DNA of 64,000 nucleotides, taken from positions 114,824,001-114,888,000 of the forward strand of contig NC_043002.1 of the NCBI RefSeq assembly GCF_006345805.1, read 5' to 3'. The translations under genes were made by a program, and so were the position numbers. Of this stretch, positions 23,706 through 38,445 are shown piece by piece; the stretch's first letter is position 1; the number at the start of each line of letters is the position of its first letter. Below the pieces are notes generated by a model. It was not told the DNA's origin and ran no database searches. It saw only the letters and a program-made list of their open reading frames with translations. Source of the DNA: Octopus sinensis (taxonomy: Eukaryota).

Positions 23706-25715
23706 ACTTCAATGTCACGTGATGACGGGATTATGGATTCCAATTAATGTCGCTTTTCCTGTCACAGATCAATTCAAAGACTAACGTGCTGAATCTTAAT
23801 TTTATAACGTAAGATATATATATATGTATGTGTGTGTGTGTGTGTGTGTGTATCTATGTATACTTATGCGTGTGTATATGTTTGTCTGTATGTATGTATA
23901 TAGTTGGAATTTACAAAAAAAAAACCAACAAAATACAAAGACAAGTGTGTATATATGTGTATATATATCTATGCACGTATGTATCAATATATTGCTATTC
24001 TACATAGGCGATGTGAAACAATACTGGAAAGTTTCTATAGTATATAGCAATGTTAATAGAAATAACACCAGAAGAAAACGTCAGAATGTTGGCCATACTA
24101 AAGAAGATGCGAAGGAAACTGTAACATGTCATTTAAGTACCATAAACAGGAGTAAAATGATTAAACATACATTCTATATATGCCGTAAGGCCCGACACAC
24201 TCAGTGAACGCCAGGATACAAAATTGACGATTTGACCAAGCATGACATGTAGAGATATATGCTGAACTAAGTTACTTATTCTCTGTTAATACATGGCTTG
24301 TATGCAATGCCATCACAGCTTTTGTAATTACATAACACGTTTGTGACAAAATAAAAATTTCGTATTTAACATCTATAAAACAATGAAACAACGTTACATC
24401 CGTCATTTATTGATTCTTCCGGTTAATATTTGTGTTGTGCCTTTTTCCTCAAATGGTTCATTACACTTTATTTCTTTTATCTCATGGTCTTTTCAGAAAT
24501 GAAAATAAAATTAAATTGTACTAATTCATGTTTCAATGATAAATATCAAACGGAAAGATAAAATAGCGGACTGAATTGGGGAAGAACTGGCTATGATTCT
24601 CGATAAAGAAAATTTTAGGAGTGAGATTCGCTACGTGATCTCTCGATCGGCAAGAAGAAACAAAATCACACTCAGATTTCACACTCTAAGTGATCTTTCA
24701 ATCTACTAGTAATAGCCAATACGCCCTCAAATCGCTCTCTATCTTCTTAAGAAAAGATATGTTAGATAACGTTGTGTAACAAATTTTTTTTATTCATTTC
24801 CTTATTTATTCATTTATTTATTGTCTTTGGCCAATAAGTGTTATTTCCTATTTACTTCTGTCTAGAAATCGGAGGAAATGACAATTATTCCTTTCAAAAA
24901 TTGCTTTTGTGACCTGGACATCAATAGTTTGAAACTGATGTATTTTCCATTACATTTCAGACAGATTCAGTGCTGAGTTGCTGAAGCAGAAATATCGTTA
25001 TAGCAAATATTCTGAGCATGACTCTTAGTGGCTGACAATACGTTATAGCAAATATTCTGCTCAATACCACAGATTTGCTGACCAGTTGCTTGACCTTAAC
25101 CACTTGAGCGTGTCCCTTAGTGGCTGACAATATATGCCTCTTTGATCATGAACAGGAGCATTGGGGGAGCATCATGGCCATGTTGTTGAGAGGGATTTTT
25201 TGGGGTTTGAATAAATGCAACAAAAGCAAAGTTTGAAGGGTAAGCAAATAGGGAAAAACACTTTCCAGGGGTCAGCAAATAGGAAACAACAGTTGATACC
25301 CAAGGACAAAAATCATGTCACACAGTTTAATAATAATCGATACTTGGCTGACCAGAGAGAGAGAGAGAGAGAGAGAGTAACAGGTATTCTGGAAAAGTGT
25401 ATGATATGTGCAAGTTATCCAGCGCCAGATTTGCTTAAAAGGTTCCACCTTGCGAAACAAATTTGTGTAAATAGCTATATTTCTCGGACGCCAAAAACGA
25501 TTAATAGACCTAAACTAAATATATCATTACCGTCTTTGGGACAACGATCCAATCACACACACACACACACATATTGATGAATGGATGGATAGATGGTGGG
25601 ATGCATACATGGACGGGTGGATGTGTATGCTTATGTGTGTGTTTGTGTGTGTGAGTGTGTATGTATATATATATGCATGGATGTACATATGGGTATGTAA
25701 AAATATATCTGCATG

Positions 25716-25765
<50 letters not shown>

Positions 25766-26159
25766 TAAATAGATAAATAGATAGATAAACAGTCAGACAA
25801 ACAGACAGACAGGCAGGCAGGCAGACAGACGGACAGACAGACAGATTTGTATGTATGTTTTGGGTGCGCATCAGTGTACGTATACATACACATGTGTGTG
25901 TTTGTGTGTATGGGTATGTGTGTGTGTCTGGGGTGGCACCTGTCAGAATCGTTTGAGTGTTGGATACAATGCTCCGCGGAATTCGTTCCGATTTTCTTCG
26001 CTATGATTTTTTAACCTTGTCCTGCCACCGAAAAGCAGCGACACTTGTGTCACGAGTTGTGCCGAAGAGTTAGTACTATTATTTAAAAAATCTATGGAGA
26101 CACAATTTCATTGATTTAATGGGAAACACACAAACACATATACGTACGCGCGCAAACAC

Positions 26160-27200
26160 ATACATCTCCACAAGCACTCAATGGCGAAAGACCGAGATGA
26201 TTGGCGATTTGCTCTGCTCGAGAAGTTTCATCTGACACAGCGAAAGTGACGTTGTAAAAGCAGTTAGGTGGACCTTGTTCTTTCATCCAGTTAACCTCCG
26301 TCAAACCTTCTCCGCCTCCCCTCTTCCTAATTCCCATTCGTCCATCACCATTCTAACTATAATACTATTTAACTGCTGTAATTGTATGAGACCGGAACTG
26401 CACATATTTCATCCCTTTTTGTGCTACCAGTGACCTCTTAGAAATACTTCTTTTTAATATTAACCCTTTTTAATATCACCCTTTCAGATATCACTTTCCA
26501 CTGATCATCCCTCTCTGAGTTATGAGTTATCTCTCCCTTTCCCTAAAGTACAGCTTATTTCTGTCATAACTTATTAACGCCCTGTCATACATGCCAAAGA
26601 CATGTCCGCCACTCACTATATCCGCTCCTACGTACCTCTAAACTCCATCTTTGTCACTGTACACCATCTTTCTGCACAGACCATTCTGTCACTCTGCATA
26701 TCATTTTCCTGTTTTATGGTCAGTTACAGAATTACTATAATGCTGCTCTCTAGCATTTCTCTACTTCCACTTCCTCCTTTTTGAGCTACTCCCATTCTTT
26801 TGCCTTCCTTCTTCCTTTCAACTGATACTATCGACCTCATGCCCATACTAGGTCATCGTTCATTACATCCATTCTACTACCATGTCTTTTTCTTCTCACA
26901 CTTTTACACTCTAATCATCCACTCTCCCCGCTCCTCTGCCCATATTCTCCTTTATAATCACATTTTTGAATCTTTAGAATAGAATACTCCGCGTCACCTC
27001 GTCAGCACCATATTTAATCTCTCTTTCCACCTTCTCCACTCAACCTTACCTAACATTGTCTGACCATGTATATCCTCTATTGCAAGACACCGCTTCTTGT
27101 CCCTCCATCATACTTTAGACTCTCGACGCTTGGCATAAAGCCACCTCTTTCTCTCCTACTTAGTCGAGGGGAATATTTCTGCTTTCCTCGTTACTTAGAA
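26160..27200. mobile_element. Mosaic of degraded RTE-like LINE 3' fragments, both orientations
   Basis: The plus strand gives MAKDRDDWRFALLEK (26180-26230), followed by ~0.8 kb of pyrimidine-rich antisense LINE-like sequence. Confidence 0.45.
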
Positions 27201-27204
27201 ACCA

Positions 27205-27380
27205 CTCTCGTGCTGGTACCAAGTAAAATGATCACAGTATACGCTATAAAATGGTTGGCATTACGAAAGGACTCGGGATGTACGAACCATGCGAAAGCAG
27301 ACGTTGGAAACCAACGCAGGCCTCCAGCTCGTCGAATTTTATCGAATCGTCTTACTCATGCATGGAAAAATGATGATGAT
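27205..27380 (+). mobile_element. RTE-type LINE/SINE 3' tail ending in (GAT)n
   Basis: GCTGGTACCAAGTAAAA...AAAATGGTTGGCATTACGAAAGG...CATGCATGGAAAAATGATGATGAT. Confidence 0.6.
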
Positions 27381-29452
27381 GATGACGTATATGATGATGA
27401 TGGTGGTGGTGGTGATGGTGACATATATGATGATGATGATAATGATGATAGTGATGATGATGACGATGATGATATACATATACACATATATAAAGACAGG
27501 CGTACACACATACACACGCAAACACACATGTGCATACACACACGTGTGTGTATGTATGTGTGTGTGCGTGTGTGTGTATGCGTGTGTGTGTGTGCGTGCG
27601 TGTGAGAGAGAGAGAGAAAATGGTTGTTCGAAAGAACAAACCTTCCATGGTCTTACTGTATTGGCGATTAACTTACAAACTCAAACCTCTTTTTTGATAC
27701 TTGGCGATGATGTTCATGTTTTCATTTAGTTGCTAACAAGGTCACAAAAAAAAACGAAAAGAAAAAAACATATGTCCTCTGTCTAGCTCCATTTTTTTTC
27801 AGTGTTAAGTATGACAAAATAGTCTATTGTCATGTTACATAGTGGCATAACTTAAAGTAACAACTAAATGATAAATAATATATATATTTTATAGTTGCGA
27901 AACTTAGAACAGATGTGTAAATATGCTAAGAATTGAATTTCGTACATAGTTGGATCAATATCCTCTTAACCTCCAAATAGCCAGTTTAGCCCAGATATCC
28001 CGAAGTTATTATCGGATATATTTTTCTTGCACATTAAATGTTTGATTTGTTTTTATTTCCACATTTTTGATTCTGGCAGTTTACACTATTTTCTGATAAT
28101 GATCGCTTTAAAAAGATAATATTTCTATATAAAAAAAAAAAACATTAATAAATGTGATTAATTTTCTGGCCAATTTCAAGCGGTGATCAACATTTCCTCT
28201 TCTACAACGTTAACTAGAAGTCTATAGTATTTATTTTTCCCATTGAAACTTTGCCTCGTTTCACCTTAGACAGACATGTGTCGCACTATAATCAGTGGCT
28301 GTCTACAGTCTACACGTGCTAATCTATGCAATTTTGAAATTCCGTTCTAAATGACTGTTTAACAATAAATAATGACACTTCCTTAATATAAATGAATGAC
28401 TTTCCGAATGACAACAGTTGCAATGCCTCTGGCCACGAACATGTTTCTTTAAATCAAGACACTTCCAATACCGTTGAATGTATGCATTCCACATTTTATT
28501 ATTTTATTTTTACACGTTTACTCTGTGTGGTCTAGAGGCAGTTTTAACGCCTTTCTCTTCCCATCGTACACTGCTGGGAACTAAAAACTACAAACATCCA
28601 TATGGACACTTAACGCTATACACAGTCAAACACAAAAGCGTATGATACCGACGTACACCTCACGCACACAATCGCACGTCAATACAACAACAGTACTTGA
28701 AGACATGGAATATTTTCATGAACAATGTAAACGAACACACACAATTTAAGCGACAATAATATCTAAGAGATACAAGTCGTTTAACTCGTCTATCAATAGA
28801 CACTACAGTCATCGCTATCACTACTAGCAAAGACAGCTACAGCAACAACAATAACGATCAATGCGTCTTACTCTGGTGAAGTACACAAATTTCATCGATG
28901 GCAGTATATTACTGTTGTATACTTTATTGATCTTGGAGTTAACTTCAACGAGATTTGAATTCAGAATGTTGAGGAAATATTAGGAAATACCGTAAGTTAT
29001 TTATTCTAGAATCCTACCGATTCTAATGCTTTTCGCAGCTCAATAAAAGAATAATAATTTCTTTGAGCTGAAAAGCAATTTTGTAGGTGTTAGCATAAGG
29101 GATTGAATAGAAAAGAGTGATATATATTTTAGACACCGGAATGATATTGAAGATTATTCTATACGTATACATACACAGTAAGACACATGTGCACACACGT
29201 ACGTACATGTATATACTCTTTCTTTCTCTCTCACACATACATACACATAAACATTCTTTCCTTCTCTCACACACATTACTTACATACATTCTCTTCCTCT
29301 CCCTCTCTCTCTTTCTCCCTTTCTCTTTCACACTTACATATATACTCTCTCCTCTCTCCTCCTCTCTCACCTGTTTTGTATAGCATATTTCGAACACAAA
29401 ATTCCCTGCTATGTTTTCACAGAGACTCTTTCACAGCTTACTCATTGATATA

Positions 29453-29616
29453 GGCACAGGCATGGCTGTGCGGTAAGAAACTTGCTTCCCAACCACATGG
29501 CTCTGGATTCAGTCCCACTGCGTGGCATCTTGGGAAGGTGTCTTCTACTATAGCCTCGAGCCGACCAAAGTCTTGTGAGTGAATTTAGTAGATGGAAACT
29601 GAATGATTCTCGTCAA

Positions 29617-29681
<65 letters not shown>

Positions 29682-29860
29682 CGTGTCTATTTTTCGTCCC
29701 CATCACTGATTGACAACCGGTGCTGGTTTATGTGACCGTAAAAGAGACCGTTACAATAAGTGCCAAGTTTAAAAACAGAACTCGGGTCGATTCATTCGAC
29801 TAAAACTTCTTCAAGCCTGTGCCCAACATCGCTGCAGTCTGATAACTCAAAGAAATAAAT
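29453..29860 (+). mobile_element. SINE family B, diverged full length
   Basis: Head, internal (GT)n and tail are all present. Confidence 0.85.
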
Positions 29861-29997
29861 GATAAAAGTTTGACCATATACGTTGAAAAATACCATGTCT
29901 GTTATGTCAAAAACGCGATTCTACTACTTTTATATCAAAATATATAACAGAAAAATAGAAATTCGTACCCTCTATAAGTTCGATTTCTATCTTTCAG

Positions 29998-30074
29998 GTG
30001 GTGCTTCAAAATATTTTATGCCAAGCGTATGGCTAGTTGTTCTACATTGCCATCTGTTTTTCGTAAAAACAGTG
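29998..30074 (+). other. Candidate 77-nt spliced exon
   Basis: Acceptor TTCGATTTCTATCTTTCAG|GTG and donor AGTG|GTGAGT; two frames are open. Confidence 0.3.
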
Positions 30075-30179
30075 GTGAGTGCTTAAACAACACTTAAAGT
30101 CTCAGTATACGCAAATCTAAACACTTAGTGGATCTGAAAAAAGGATTTCTTTCGTGTAGCTGTTGAATATACATTCCAT

Positions 30180-30560
30180 TATGGTTCCTTCACATGGACA
30201 CTAAATAAAAGCTTTGAAGCTTTACTGGCTACTTCGTACCCTTTTGCGCATGCTTTGCACCATTTTGAACATGTTCGGGAAACAACATCCCACCGAGTAT
30301 AGATTATGCAATAACTTCTGTAATGTTTCTGACATTATTAGAGAGAGAAATGTTCGTTTAACTGAACATTGCAGAAATAAGAAGCTAGTTACCGAGAAAC
30401 ATTCTACCTTCGACACCTTGGGCGTGATCACATCGGCCGCCCTGCTATAAAATGTATCTTGAAAAGTTAACAGACGACACTAGATATCAGCGAAAGGGCC
30501 TGTCTCATGCCATTGGCGACAAGAGATGGGAATAGGATCGGGATCGTTCAAATTCAATCA
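30180..30560 (+). mobile_element. Degraded RTE-like LINE 3' fragment
   Basis: Remnants KQHPT...IIRERNVRLTEHC...GRPA; same family as 58870-59215. Confidence 0.6.
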
Positions 30561-30746
30561 AGTTCGAATTGATGATGGTGAATCACATTTTACTGAGTTC
30601 GGTTGCTGAACTCCGGTCATGGTGAGGTGTATACATACACATCCACCCACACAAACACATGCATACATACATACATATACAGTACACAAACATACACATA
30701 CACACGCACACACATATATTACACTCACACACAGGCATGTATATGA

Positions 30747-30804
<58 letters not shown>

Positions 30805-30805
<1 letters not shown>

Positions 30806-31020
30806 TCTTTTATTCTTTTATTTGTTTCAGTCATTTGACTACGGCCATGCTGGAGCACCGCCTTTGGTCGAGCAAATCAACCTCCGGACTTATTCTTTGT
30901 AAGCCTAGTACTTATTCTATCGGACTCCTTTGCTGAACGGCTAAGTTACAGGAACGTAAACACACTAGCATAGGTTGTCAAGCGATATTGAGGGGAAAAA
31001 CACAGACACACAAACATAGA
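30805..31020 (-). mobile_element. SINE family B, 3' half
   Basis: TTTATTTGTTTCAGTCATTTGACTACGGCCATGCTGGAGCACCGCC. Confidence 0.9.
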
Positions 31021-31033
31021 CACACACACATAT

Positions 31034-31064
<31 letters not shown>

Positions 31065-31362
31065 CATACATACATACATACATACATACATACATACATA
31101 CATACATACATACATACATACATACATACATACATGGTGGCTTCCCCCTCGTTATCGAGTATGGCCATTGCACGAAGCTTAATCAATTTTGTTATCGTGC
31201 AATGCCTGTGCAAGATATTTTTTTTAAAGTGAGGAAAGGCTGTGCATTGAGTCAATCCCGATTTTTTTGTGGTCATAGAACTTAGCTGTTCTTTCTAATG
31301 CGTAGAATCCTTATAAGTGGATTCTCTATGTGTTTAAATATACACTATATCGTATGACTAAG

Positions 31363-31489
<127 letters not shown>

Positions 31490-32685
31490 TACATACATAT
31501 ATATATATATGTATGTATGTATAGGTATGTATAAGTATGTATGTACGTATTATATACATATGTGTGTATGTATGTGTTATGCATAGGAAGATAATTATTA
31601 TTTTCATAGAACTCCTTAAAATCTGAACGTAACATATCGATAACACTATCAAGTGTTAAAATAATAAAATTACCCATTGGTTGGGTATGTGACTAACTAA
31701 TTGATTTTTAAGTATCCTTTTAATTGCATTCTTTCTTGTATATAATTTTTCTCCCGAAAGATCACACATACACCCGCGAACACGCACACATACACACACA
31801 GATACACAGGCATACATGTGTGAGCGCGTGTGTGTATGCACCTACACACACATATGTATATGTTTAATGTACACTATGGTGTGAATAAATGCCTTGTAAA
31901 CTATCTCAATTAAAATCTCTCCTGCTGTTAAGATAGAAAACACACACTACATTTTCTGTAATTATTTTATATCGAATTATACTTAACCTAAGTCACTAAC
32001 CGTCAATTTTTTTGCATACAGATGTCATAAGAGTAAACGAAGAGTTACGGCAAACACATTATTTGAGCTTAAATTTCGTTCTGAAACCCAGAGGAAAACC
32101 TTTTTTTCCCGCCAAGACAAGCAGGAATATGTTCAGCATGTTTCTATCACTAATTAAATCAATGTTTGTCGATGCGGGGCATTAAAATCGATGTAAATGA
32201 TATGAAAACATTTTAAAAAATTATCGTTAAAATTAAAGTTATCATTTATGTCATAAGGAATTTAGAAACTTCGAAAGATATGAAATAAAATGTTTATAAT
32301 GTTGGGACTCGAAGAAGATATAGCTATAAGTAATAACGTACAGAATATTGGGTTAAAAAATAAACATTCGTGGGGAAAGCATCAAAATCTGCAACTCGGG
32401 GACACGAACCCACGACTTCTGTAAAAATGACAAATGTTGAACCCCCCTGACCCTGTTTAGAAATTTTGGACTTTACAGCGAGAATTGTATGTTGCTTACA
32501 TCGTAAGAATTTAGGAACATCGTAAGATATGAAATAAATGTTTTTTAACGATAACAGCTATGCACGAAATTCTCTAACCTTGAGTGATTTTATAACACAT
32601 GCCATTTAAAAAAATGATCTAATTATACTTACGTATTTGAGTTCTACTTATCCTGTTTGTTCTACCAAACTTATCTATCTATCTA

Positions 32686-32774
<89 letters not shown>

Positions 32775-33445
32775 CTATATATATCGATAGATAGATAGAT
32801 TTATATGTGTGTGTGTATGCAAATTGAAAATTAAAAGTGACAAGATAATAAACGTTAAAAAGACGTTCACAGGGAATGTCTTAGGTTGACGCTTTGTATA
32901 AGATGAAAACAAGACTGGGTGTAAAGCGTTCCGAGCATGGCTAATCGGTTGAATCTACCCGTTTTATCGACGTTCTACATTTAGGTACCATCGGTCTATT
33001 CAAGATGGATAGTTGGCCTTGATATATACGTTGCACATCTTGCTCGTGGGAAGTGATCGCGTCTGTCCTTTTAGCATAAAAGGTAGTCATACTCAATAAT
33101 GAATGTTCAAGTATCGGGGAAGGATCATTGCGGAATATGTCTCACCTCCATCCGTTCTGAGTTCGAGTCCCGTCCTCTATCAACGAAAATAAATAAAACT
33201 AGCCCTTTGAGGTTCGGCGATAGTAGTCACAGTGTTATGAAGTTCTAAAATTGCAAAGTATTTCAGCTGAATTCTCTTCCGTTGCAGGAGCGAAAAGGAA
33301 AGTAACTTTAGCTGCTGCGTACTCCAAAATTTAGTACAAAGTAAGCGGTCTTTAGGGGAGGTGTAAGTAGATTACATGTAATATGTATCCTCTGTATATT
33401 ATATGACGTGTGTGTGTATGTGTGAGTGTTTTGTGTAACAATCAG

Positions 33446-33660
33446 ATACTCTTTTACTTGTTTCAGTCATTTGACTGCGGCCATGCTGGAGCACTGCCTT
33501 TAGTCGAGCAAATCGACCCCGGAACTTATTCTTTGTCAGCCCAGTACTTATTCTATCGGTCTCTTTTGCCGAACCGCTAAGTGTCGGGGACGTAAACACA
33601 CCAGCATCGGTTGTCAAGCAATGCTAGGGGGATAAACACAGACACACAAACATATACAAT

Positions 33661-33712
<52 letters not shown>

Positions 33713-33878
33713 TACGACGGGCTTCTTTCAGTTTCCGTCTACCAAATCCACTCACAAGGCTTTGGTCGGCCTAAAGCTATAGTAGAAGAAACTTGCCCAA
33801 GATGCCACGCAGTGGGACTGAACCCGGAACCATGTGGTTGGTAAGCAAGCTACTTACCACACAGCCACTCCTGCGCCT
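33446..33878 (-). mobile_element. SINE family B, full length and young
   Basis: The reverse complement is near-identical to 16211-16636. Confidence 0.95.
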
Positions 33879-34215
33879 ATCTTCATATTAAATCAATACA
33901 TATTACAAATCTATGTCAAAACTGTATTGTTAAATGAATGGCGAGAGGAACGATCGTGCAGAAGTGTAAGAATCAACGGAGAAGTAATTGCTTCGACCTC
34001 TTCAGCTCTTATTCCCAGTTCACACTTTGCCTCTTTATATATTAAAAACAAAAACAGTATATGCGATTAAGAAATCTGAATCATACTAGCCGTACATCCA
34101 TGTAATTTGAGGGAATTTGAGTTACTATAAAACACTAGGGAGAAGTGATTATAACATCAGTTTTTCTTTGGGTAGTTCCCTCAGTGTGTGTGTGTGTGTG
34201 TGTGTCTCTGTGTGT

Positions 34216-34259
<44 letters not shown>

Positions 34260-35504
34260 TGTGTTTCTTTTTTCTTCCTGTATAAGATCTAAAGATCAAA
34301 CGAACATTCCTTGCAGTCCATGATCTGACAGATTTCTTTAGTTAATATCGACTGGCTGACTCTAAACACCAACGGATAGGAAGCGGGCATTGTTCATGGA
34401 AAACACCTCTGTAATGGATAACAATAACGAGGAATAATAACATGCAAGGGAAAAGTTGATGAAGACAGTAACGCCTTCGTCAACATAATAATAATGACGC
34501 AGCCAGTATAGAGTGAGCTGATGATGGCGATGATAATGATGTTATTGAAAATGATGATGATGATGATGATGATGATGGTTGTGTCGACAATGACGATGAC
34601 GATGTCGATGATAAGGATGACTGGATTATTGTGTCTGAAAATGCAAACGTAACCTTTTAGCTCACTGAGAACGCTTCGCCATATGGTTGACCGCTTAAAA
34701 ACCGTCGGCTTTTGTGCTAAACAACTCATCCAGAGAAGGCATTTGTTAAGATCGCAAAAATTCTAACACGCAGTCTCAACTATGGTGGCCAAAGTCACAC
34801 AGAAAATAAACAAAGAACTATTATTCTCAAACACTACAGGAAGAATGTGGGAAATCAGTGATGTGTAAACAACGCTCGGAAAGGAAATACTGTTTCAATA
34901 CCCTACTGTGTTATGGATTCAGAATTTTGTTAACGGCCATTTATCACAGACATATTTAAACAACAGCATTTATAGCCTCGGGTGAATATATTTCATAAGG
35001 CAGAGAGAAAAAAAAATAAAAGCGTAGAAACAACAATAGTCGTAGAGATGATGACATAGTTATGACATTAAGCCTATCACTGAGTTTTATAAAGCGGTAA
35101 AGAATAACTTTTAACATTTGAAACACGAACTAGATGTGTGAAGATAGTGAGAGATCGTGTATTATCAGATGATTTTAGTTAAATAGTAAATGTTTTGACA
35201 TTGAAAGGAAATGATTCTTTCTAAGTTAAAACAAAAATATTTTATTTTTATTTTTTATTTTTTGATGGCGAGATGGGGGTAGCGTGTCGATACTTTGGAC
35301 ACTAACCAATACTTTATTTTATTGATCCGGTGATTGAAAGTCAAAGTTAACCTTGGTGGGATTTGAACTTGGATGGTTAAAGAGCTGTAACAAATACCGG
35401 AAGTCATTTGTTCGACGGTCTAACGACTGTGCCAGCTCGCCTCTTTGATATTTAAAAATTAATACGAGCCAATTTTCCCTAACATTATTAAGGATCACAA
35501 AGAA

Positions 35505-35825
35505 GGGGGCGAGCTGGCAGAAACGTTAGCACGCCGAGCGAAATGCGTAGCCGTATTTCGTCTGCCGTTACGTTCTGAGTTCAAATTCCGCCGAGGTTGA
35601 CTTTGCCTTTCATCCTTTCGGGGTCAATAAATTAAGTACCAGTTACGTACTGGTGTCGATGTAATCGATTTAATCCGTTTGTCTGTCCTTGTTTGTCCCC
35701 TCTGTGTTTAGCCCCTTGTGGGTAGTAAAGAAATAGGTATTTCGTCTGTCTTTACGTTCTGAGTTCAAATTCCGCCGAGGTCGACTTTACCTTTCATTCT
35801 TTCGGTGTCGTTAAACTAAGTACCA
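35505..35825 (+). mobile_element. SINE family A, full monomer plus truncated second monomer
   Basis: The first monomer ends at AAAGAAATA (35735); the second starts at GTATTTCGTCTGTCTTTACGTTCTGAG (35737). Confidence 0.9.
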
Positions 35826-35899
35826 TTGCGGGACACAAGCGAGTAACAGAACGAAAACAACAGCTCAACAGGTAAACAAATTCTTTCTAGCTGTTGTTA

Positions 35900-36110
35900 T
35901 TGAAGAAACCGTCTCTATCCAGATTACATGTTCAGGTTTATACCTGTAATTATTGGGTCCCGGGATATGTAACAACTGCCTAAATACCGATCTTGAGAAA
36001 TTAGGCTTCTCAAAACCAGAAAGGAGAAAGGTAATTCGAAGACTACATGTCTAATCTATCACTGGAACTGTAAAAATCTGTAAAACTTTCCTGAAGTTTA
36101 TCATTTAATT
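35900..36110 (+). mobile_element. C-terminal fragment of a restriction-like-endonuclease-type non-LTR retrotransposon (R4/Dong-like)
   Basis: With frameshifts it reads LYPDYMFRFIPVIIGS.GYV..CLNTDLEKLGFSKPERRKVIRRLH.*SITGTVKICKTFLKFII*. This matches the PxxxGxxG...L..LG...GT.KI pattern that ends RLE domains. Confidence 0.5.
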
Positions 36111-36603
36111 AAAAATGAGTATGTCTAGATATGCAACTATATGCATGAGAATACACACATAAAACATACAAATCTGCCCATACATAGATACGTACATACA
36201 TGCATGCATACATACATACATACATACATACATACATACATACATACATACATACATACATACATACATAAAATACCCTGTTGTTGATGTTGAAATAGCA
36301 ATGAAGGAACCTTGGACCTAGGTTGGAAACCGGTCCTTTCTCTATTGGCATGAAATCTTGAAATAAACTGAATAATGACACATGCATATATACATGCATA
36401 CATATTTATTAGAAAGAAACATCCAAAAGGTTTCACGCAGTAATATCTGAACATCATCGTCCGTCGGGGAGCGAGATAATCCATTAGAGCCACATCTCTA
36501 AAGTTGACAAAATAAAGTGACAATCATGTACTATAGCCGTTGTAATTGACTTACCTCCTACTCTAAATGTGCAGGCCTTGTGCCTAAAGTGGAAGCGATT
36601 TTT

Positions 36604-36658
<55 letters not shown>

Positions 36659-36670
36659 CAGCAGCAGCAG
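36604..36670. repeat. (TAG)n/(CAG)n microsatellite following a SINE A tail
   Basis: Direct reading of the sequence. Confidence 0.95.
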
Positions 36671-37447
36671 TATTTTTTAGACGCGACACATTTTTAGGAA
36701 AGGATGTGTACGTCACAAATTATATTAGATGTTGCGATGAAGTTATTGCAGGGTTAAACGTTTAATTCCATGATTGTGTAATCCTGTATAATTTGATAAC
36801 TGCATTACAAACATCTGGCTGCACTTTCAAAACACATGGCAGATAATTGATATCATAAGAACATTGATTATTAAATGGATTCGCTGATTGATAATGAAAT
36901 TTAATGAATTAATCATAATGGTTCTGTCGGAAAAGAAATGAAACCTCGACAATGAATGAATGATTTACTGGTTTTATAATGCCATTTTATCTAATACTAT
37001 TAACTTCCCTTCTAGACCGCCAATATCTCTAAAGTAATCTTCGGGTTTTCTCTTCACGCTGCCTCCCCTCTGACATCATTCGTTGATAATTCTCTCTCTC
37101 TCTTTCTCTTCCTTTGACACATACAAAAGCATATAAACACATACATACATACATACACACATACATACATACATACATACATACACTTTTCTGTTCTTTT
37201 CTGGGCATATGCATATTCTTCTTCCTAACTATGCAGCTCGTTTCTACTCCATTTCCTTTTCCCTCTATGAGTGAGTGTAAGTGGATAAGTCAATGTATAT
37301 GCGTGTGTAGTATATGTTTAGTTATTTCGTTGTTTACATGTCTCTGTAGTCTAAGGGGGCAGCTCATAAGACATGTTTCCAGGTTCGATCGCTCTGTGGA
37401 GCACTTTCAGCAACTGTTTTCGAACACGAATATAGTGTAGAAGCTTA

Positions 37448-37525
<78 letters not shown>

Positions 37526-37610
37526 ACATTTTCTATACATGTATGTGTTTGTGTTTATGTGTATGTGTGTATGAGTGTGTATGTATATGTGTGTGTGTGT
37601 GTATGAGTGT

Positions 37611-37649
<39 letters not shown>

Positions 37650-38175
37650 TCTGTGTGCGTGTGTGTGTGTTATTGACAGATCGGGTTAGGTGTACCACCA
37701 GCAGATCAAAAATGCATTTGTTTAAAATGTTTCATGTTCTGAAACATTTGACATTTGTGTGAATCGAAATTTCAAAATATTCCGGTTTTTCGAAATACGA
37801 GAAGAATCTGGTCAATTGCGAAAGGTAAAAAAAGAATATTTTATAAGTATTCTAAATCCGACACTAAATCGGAGATGGTTAACAACGGTATTAGAAACTA
37901 TTAGGTAACCCTAGAAGATAACATAATAGTTTGTATTACTGCTAGCATTACCTTATACCAGGTGTGTCTGAAAAGCGGAAAACAGCGAAGGCCGCATAAC
38001 TAACCCAACACCTTCCTACCATAAAAGTAGCGCCCATTTCTTTTTGAAAGACATTTTCTATATGATTAATCATTTTAACTTGATAAAATCTTACTGCAAA
38101 TATTACGACTGTAGGGAGAATAGTTTTAAAAGCTCATATACTTGTCTATATGTATGCATGTATGTATGTATGTAC

Positions 38176-38177
<2 letters not shown>

Positions 38178-38223
<46 letters not shown>

Positions 38224-38327
38224 GTACATACATATACATAGTTATATATAAATATGTATATATATATATATATAATATGTATATATACATACATATATAT
38301 ATATATTATATATATATATATATATAC

Positions 38328-38365
<38 letters not shown>

Positions 38366-38445
38366 ATACATATATATACATATATATATACATATATATA
38401 ATATATATATATATACATACATATATATATACATATATATTTATA
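38178..38445. repeat. Long imperfect (TA)n/(TACA) array
   Basis: Direct reading of the sequence. Confidence 0.95.

Noticed and set aside
33118-33129. GGAAGGATCATT matching the 18S rRNA 3' end
   Set aside because: Only a 12-nt match, with no flanking rRNA similarity.
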